From assembly GCA_030141605.1 (NCBI GenBank), contig JAQGDQ010000082.1, forward strand, positions 248,001-312,000: a stretch of 64,000 nucleotides of DNA, read 5' to 3'. Under the pieces are notes generated by a model that saw nothing but the letters and a program-made list of their open reading frames with translations, was not told the origin of the DNA and made no database searches. The first letter of the stretch is position 1. Every line of letters starts with the position of its first letter. Position numbers and translations under genes: made by a program. Source of the DNA: Tubiluchus corallicola (taxonomy: Eukaryota > Animalia > Priapulida). This document shows positions 58,473-64,000 of this stretch, piece by piece.

Positions 58473-61400
58473 TAACTTCGACCGAAAGGACAATACTCGG
58501 AAACGAGTGAAAGCCGACGACGACGACGACGACGACTATAATATGTATTAATTTTGTTTTTACTGCATTTGTGACTATGAAAATGCGAATAATAAATTTC
58601 AGATCTACATATTATGGTGAAAATACATTTTTATCCAATCTTTTTGCAACTTTTCCTACTATGGAGGTTTGATGAGATACTAACATGGGTAAATTTTCAG
58701 CTTGGTTAAGCTTTGGGAATACGTGTCTCCACTTATGTTAAGATTTCAGAATTATGCTCATTTCTGTAGTAATTCGACAAACTTTAAAAAATATTGATTC
58801 CACTCCACTGACCTAGCAATTTTCACCAGTAGTTTAGAATGATCAATAGTTATCGTACATAGAACTGTGACAGTTTTGCATGTTAGGAAGTTGTATCTGC
58901 AAAATTTAAAAATGTGTGTATTTTGTCAATATATCGCCATATGTTAACTAATGCTTTCAAAATTGCCCCTATATGAATTCTTCAAAAAGCTGTTACATTG
59001 GAATGTAAGCCCCTATTTGTTCTAAAAAACAATGACAGTAGCTTGCATTGTTTATTTGGCACTGTGATTTCTTTATAATATCAGTTGAAAATGCTCACAC
59101 TGCTCAACAGCTATTTTTTCTAGAAAAAATAATTTTAGAATCCATTTATTTTTACATTTTTGAATCACGAACTCTGAAAAAGTTAGCAGCAAGCCATACG
59201 GCTATCCTACTAAGCTACCAGATAATCAGTTGCCAACAGTTGGAAATGTTGTACGGCACTATCAATACAAAGTGGAGGCCCAGTCAGAGAAGGATGCAGA
59301 ACACAGAAAAGGATTGGATAAAAAAGTTATTTTCAGCACACTCTACTATATACATATATATATACAGTGTGTGGTAGGTAGAGTCAAAGTTGCAGGGTAC
59401 CCATCTCAGTCCATCAGGGGGATCTGGGCTATTGGTTTTGATAGTGTAGTGAACCGTTAGTGACCTCTGTTAAAGTTGAAAGACATGGAACTGGATCAAC
59501 CTTTTGATTGTCGATAAACTTCTCTTAGGTCTCTGCGTTGAATTCAGTTTTGTCGACATGAGTATAGGCCTATTAAACAGAAATTATTGCTTTAGATGTG
59601 AGTTTCAAGGGCTGGAATTATTTAATTAAGGGTATGAGACAAGAACTTAAACGTGAAAATTAGTGCAAACGGCCTTGTCGCCTAAACATATAGGCTCAGA
59701 CTAGGCGGGGGAATGTAGGCCCTATTTGAAAATGCTCGTTAGGGCGAATTTCAGTTTTGTGTTGTCTCATACATTCGTTTACGTTTTGAGAATGAATAAT
59801 CACTTGTTTATTTAAGTTTGTGTTTTCAACAAATCTGGACAGTGTTCTTTTGAAGACTATGTTCCATATTCTCTTATGCAGGAATCGTTGTGTTGGTTCC
59901 CTATCTTCGTGTGAGGTTTGACCTACTACAAGCTTAATCTTTTTATTTTAAATACCTACCGTAACCTACGCAAGCCAAATAAACAACATTCTTCTTAATA
60001 AATTTAATTTTAAATAATTAGATTATTTTCTAACCATTAATCTAAATAATTAGCAAGTAAATTGTTCGAATTTAAAAGTTCAGAAATAAAGCACTTCGGA
60101 GTTTGGTTTTATGTACAGGTGTAAGATTGTCACAGGTAAAAAGCAATGAGATTAAATTCAATTAATGCATACTTATTTCTAGCGTACAAGTCGACGAAAA
60201 GCGAATTTCTCGATCTGTCTGTGTAGATGAGGTTTGGTTTTAGAGACATGCCTAAAATCTGGTCACAACCCTCAGTTTGGCTAGTTTCTGTAGAAGCCCT
60301 GTGACCTCTGCGGTGGGTTAGGCATATTGCAGAAAAATATTGTACATGCCGCCTATTGGTAGTTCTTTGTTTTTTGGAAATATAATTGTGTTAGTACTTA
60401 TCATAATCTCAGTTTGTGTTTGTTTGACTTCTACAGTTTTTTTTTGACGAAATGTTTTAATTTGAAATTATTGAGAAACGTACGAAAATGCTACAATTGG
60501 AAACGAAACTGCAATTATTACAGCGTATGGACAACGGAATCTGATCTGGACTGCCAGTAGGCAAGCTAGTCTGACTTGTAGATTGACCAGATAGGGGAAA
60601 AGCTCGGTGAAGTATGCTGTCATAACTTGGTGGAATGGAAATTGTGGAATGTGGAATGACGCTTGAAATGGAATGGAACGATATTGACTAAAGAATCAAG
60701 ATAGATGAAGTTCCTATTACAGCACGGACTGCACTGACACGCCTATTTGCCTATCACTCCAGCACACAGGCTTGCAGGAGTAATGAAACAGCTGTTTCTT
60801 TTTTATAAATATGCCAATTTGTAAAATGCCAAATCTTGATTAAAAAATTTCTGTGATTTTTCTCAATTTAAAATTAAATTAAAACAGATGACTATAAAAG
60901 AACATCGTTTTAGTCATTGTAATTCATTACAGTTGGTTTATTGTTACATAAACATAGATACGCATTTTTACAATTGTACTTTCAAGAAGGCAGTTAGCAT
61001 AAAGACTTTCTAGTATGCACAAGTGGCGTGTTATAGTTTAACTTCACACAAATCGAACCTGGCTAATTTCCAAAATAACATTATAATACTCTGTACATTG
61101 TTTCAACTATAACAAAAAAGTTATGGAGTGTACACAAATAAAAGGTACTGATTTTCAACCACTTTGCCTATTACAAAATGACATAAAAATTTCAAAACTC
61201 ATTTCAAATCAGAGTGTTAAACAATTATGGTAAGCTGCATTCTAAATGAGTTCGTAAACAGAAAACATGCATTAGCGATTACTGATATACCATTACATTG
61301 CATAAAACGTAGTTTAATATTCATGTAAAAATATCATATCTTAATCTAAAGCGAGAAGCCTGAACTTGCTAAAATAAGCATTCAAGAGTGTACAAAAACA

Positions 61401-62250
61401 TACACTGTATCAAGTTAAAAAAAACATTGAAAAATATTCCCACTTTATCAACATAGAAAATGTAGACGATAATACGTGTAATAAAAAGAACAATAATCAA
61501 CAAAAACATTCAATATAAGGCAGTACATATCTACACAGTCTATACAACTATGGTTAAATATAAATAACGATGTTATGACTATAATGCAATATTCACAAAA
61601 CACATTATTTACAATATAAATACAATGGTTAGATATTGTATTGCATGTCAATTACACCAGCACCAAGACAAGAAAAAATTAGGCTGAGTTGTAATAAATG
61701 AATGAAGCTTGAAATTATAGATTCCAAATGAAACCAGGATTGAAAATTATGCAAAAAATAATTAAAACATGCTATAGTTACTGTCATTTTATTGACAAAT
61801 TAAATTTTACTTTAATGGCAAGTTAGAGAACAGCAAAACATACAAAAAAACTTAACAATGAGCTGCAAAGCCAAACAAATTAAAGGAAATAGTTTATCTT
61901 GAATTCCACTCACAAATGCATTTATGTGAAATGAAAATACATGCACTCCATTTGAGAATAAGAAGTAAGTCAGAAAATGTCTATTCTGCGTCACAGATGC
62001 AATGGCTGGATATGTTACATCTTTTTTTAGATCTTCTGCAAGTTAGTCGGGAGGCACCAAAATATTTTAACAGAAATCAAACCAAAGTTTTAACATTGCG
62101 TAATATTCATTTAACACTTTTTACTGTCATTATTCTTGTAAGAAATCCAATGCTGGCTAATAATATTATAAAAATTTTTAATTAATAAACAGGTTTTCTA
62201 CATAAGATAAATAACACTGGGATGCTATGCGTTTTACATGTAAAGTACAC

Positions 62251-62252
<2 letters not shown>

Positions 62253-62291
<39 letters not shown>

Positions 62292-62318
62292 TCTCTCTCT
62301 CTGTATATATATATATAT
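62253..62318. repeat. (CT)n/(TA)n microsatellite, probably in the unc-5 3' UTR
   Basis: Directly visible. Confidence 0.9.
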
Positions 62319-62471
62319 ACAGAGGTTTCTGCACAGTTCTTTAGGCACCATTGTTTCAACCAATGAAAACTGAAAACTTGAATCTCCTATACCTATAGTA
62401 CACAAAACTAGACATTCCATTGAATGTGTCCATTTTTCTGAGTCACTGTTTTAGGTGCGCAATGTGGTATA

Positions 62472-62643
62472 TCACAATCGGGAACCAAGGTCCTCCTCAA
62501 GTAGTCTAATCACATCGTCTCTACCCATACTATGTAGCGTGCTGGCAAGCTCACTGAGAGCACCACTGTCTCTGTGTCTGGCTTCCCATAGATCAAGAAT
62601 GGTTTCAGTTGGACTGGCCTTAGTGGCAAAATAGTTGATATAC
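62472..62643 (-). CDS. unc-5: Netrin receptor UNC-5, last coding exon (death domain)
   Basis: tttgcag acceptor, (R)YINYFATKASPTETILDLWEARHRDSGALSELASTLHSMGRDDVIRLLEEDLGSRL*. Confidence 0.9.
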
Positions 62644-62887
62644 CTGCAAAGAGAGAAGAAAAAACATGAATTTTTTTCAAAGGCAATAATATCCCAGTAA
62701 AAGGCCTAATTATAATATGACAGCATGCATATATTATTAAGAAGTAAAAACTTATTAGGTGCTTTGTCTCATGTAAGCAAGTCAGTGTAGTTTATACACA
62801 AACTAACTTCAACAATAGACCAGTACTAAATTCGGACCTCTGCAATGTAAACCTAAGGCACAAAAGCAACTTAAATCATTTTCCCAC

Positions 62888-63099
62888 CTATCCACAGATA
62901 ATCTTTTAGCAAGCAGCCTCCAATCGTTCCCTCTTGAGTTTGGCAAATCTAATGCAGCTGAAATTTTTACTTTCGTCGGCGTTGGTATCCGGAACACTGA
63001 ACCTGGGTCGCACGACAAAGTACCGTGTGATGTAGTAACTGCTGTTGACCCCAATTTGGGCTTCTTCAATGGAGTACACGTGGGACTACTACCAGAACT
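62888..63099 (-). CDS. unc-5: Netrin receptor UNC-5, penultimate coding exon
   Basis: SSGSSPTCTPLKKP...VFRIPTPTKVKISAALDLPNSRGNDWRLLAKRLSVD(R). Phase-2 donor joins the next exon. The rest of the gene lies beyond the window. Confidence 0.88.
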
Positions 63100-64000
63100 C
63101 TAAAATTTAAGAAAAATTAATATGAAAATTTAATTATAAATTGCATGGACTTCTGCTAATGTACAATAAAACAATCTGTAAGGTAAAATAAATTTTTTGT
63201 ATCGTGGCTCCATCTCTTGCAGTCAACTTAAAAATATGTCTTGCTTCAGCAGGTTGAATGCCACATGACCCAAGGTACCTGACTTACCTGGCTACACAGG
63301 TGTGTAGAGCTTGCTGGTTAAAAATTGCTGGTTTGAATTTTATTGTTTACACTGCGAAAAAATGTAAAATGCGAGTCTATAATGTCTGAGCCAGATAAGG
63401 AGGCAAAGATGTATGTATTTAGTATCTTACTTTTCTTATTTTCTTACTTTTTGCCAAGTTACACAGTAAAGTAATTTTCTGTTAACCTATCGAACTAAAA
63501 ATTTCTGTTTGCTTGTTTAACAGATGAAACGTAATGGTAATGCTTATGGTCGTGCTTGTGGTTAGGTTTTTGATGAATTGGATGATTTCATAAATAAACT
63601 GATCAAACTACAAAGCAACTTTCCAATGGTTTAATATATGTGGAACAAATAACCAAAAAAAGAAATGGAAAACCAAACAATATCATACAATATATGCTTA
63701 TTGTGCACACGTAGACAAAAGAAGAATTATCGACTTGCTTCAGCATTAATACAGTCCTAATGATACCGCTAAAAATTATAAACTGTAGTAGACGAAAATC
63801 GTGAAACACATACTCCTATTTTTGAAAAAAGACTTTCAACGTTATTACCACTTGAAACAATGACAAAAGCAAAATTAATAGGAAGAATATAATAATAGGC
63901 AATAGTCCAAATTTCAATCATGTACCAGTACACAATCAGCACAAGAACTGTTTGGAATGAAAAGTCAAATTTAATAAAAAATTTGGTATGCTGCGCTTCA

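Larger units (their letters stand above)
54497..58534 (+). mobile_element. Full-length RTE-clade non-LTR retrotransposon
   Basis: 12-bp TSD actataatatgt (54485-54496, 58535-58546), about 700-nt 5' UTR, single APE+RT ORF, very short 3' UTR ending in (CGA)n. Confidence 0.95.

Noticed and set aside
59230-59460. ORF starting MPTVGN, like the tail of the protease at 5542
   Set aside because: Six-residue coincidence with a TTG start and no further similarity.
1-64000. CRISPR array or prokaryotic operon/defence system
   Set aside because: The DNA is eukaryotic with spliceosomal introns, and no regularly spaced repeat-spacer array was seen.

Overview
AT-rich, intron-containing animal genomic DNA, probably arthropod judging from the UNC-5 and PPAN sequences (inference). 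It is not prokaryotic. From left to right: (1) 1-13 kb, a minus-strand tandem array of nine intronless secreted S1A (chymotrypsin-fold) serine protease genes, one cut by the window edge and one by an 850-N gap. There are three sequence types plus recombinant copies, all with a shortened 170-loop and a non-trypsin S1 pocket. (2) 13.5-29 kb, repeat-rich non-coding DNA with SINE and MITE remnants and microsatellites. (3) The terminal exon of an unidentified cysteine-rich, probably GPI-anchored protein (29931-30403). (4) A complete 10-exon Peter Pan/Ssf1 (PPAN) gene on the minus strand (33971-53819), whose intron 7 holds a TTAA-flanked DNA element with two nested MITEs. (5) An initiator tRNA-Met gene head-to-head with PPAN. 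(6) A full-length RTE-clade LINE with a 12-bp TSD, an HDV-like ribozyme fold starting exactly at its first base, an AUG-less ORF and one nonsense codon upstream of a C2H2 finger. (7) The last two exons (death domain) of an UNC-5 netrin receptor gene. All calls were made by eye and no database searches were run.
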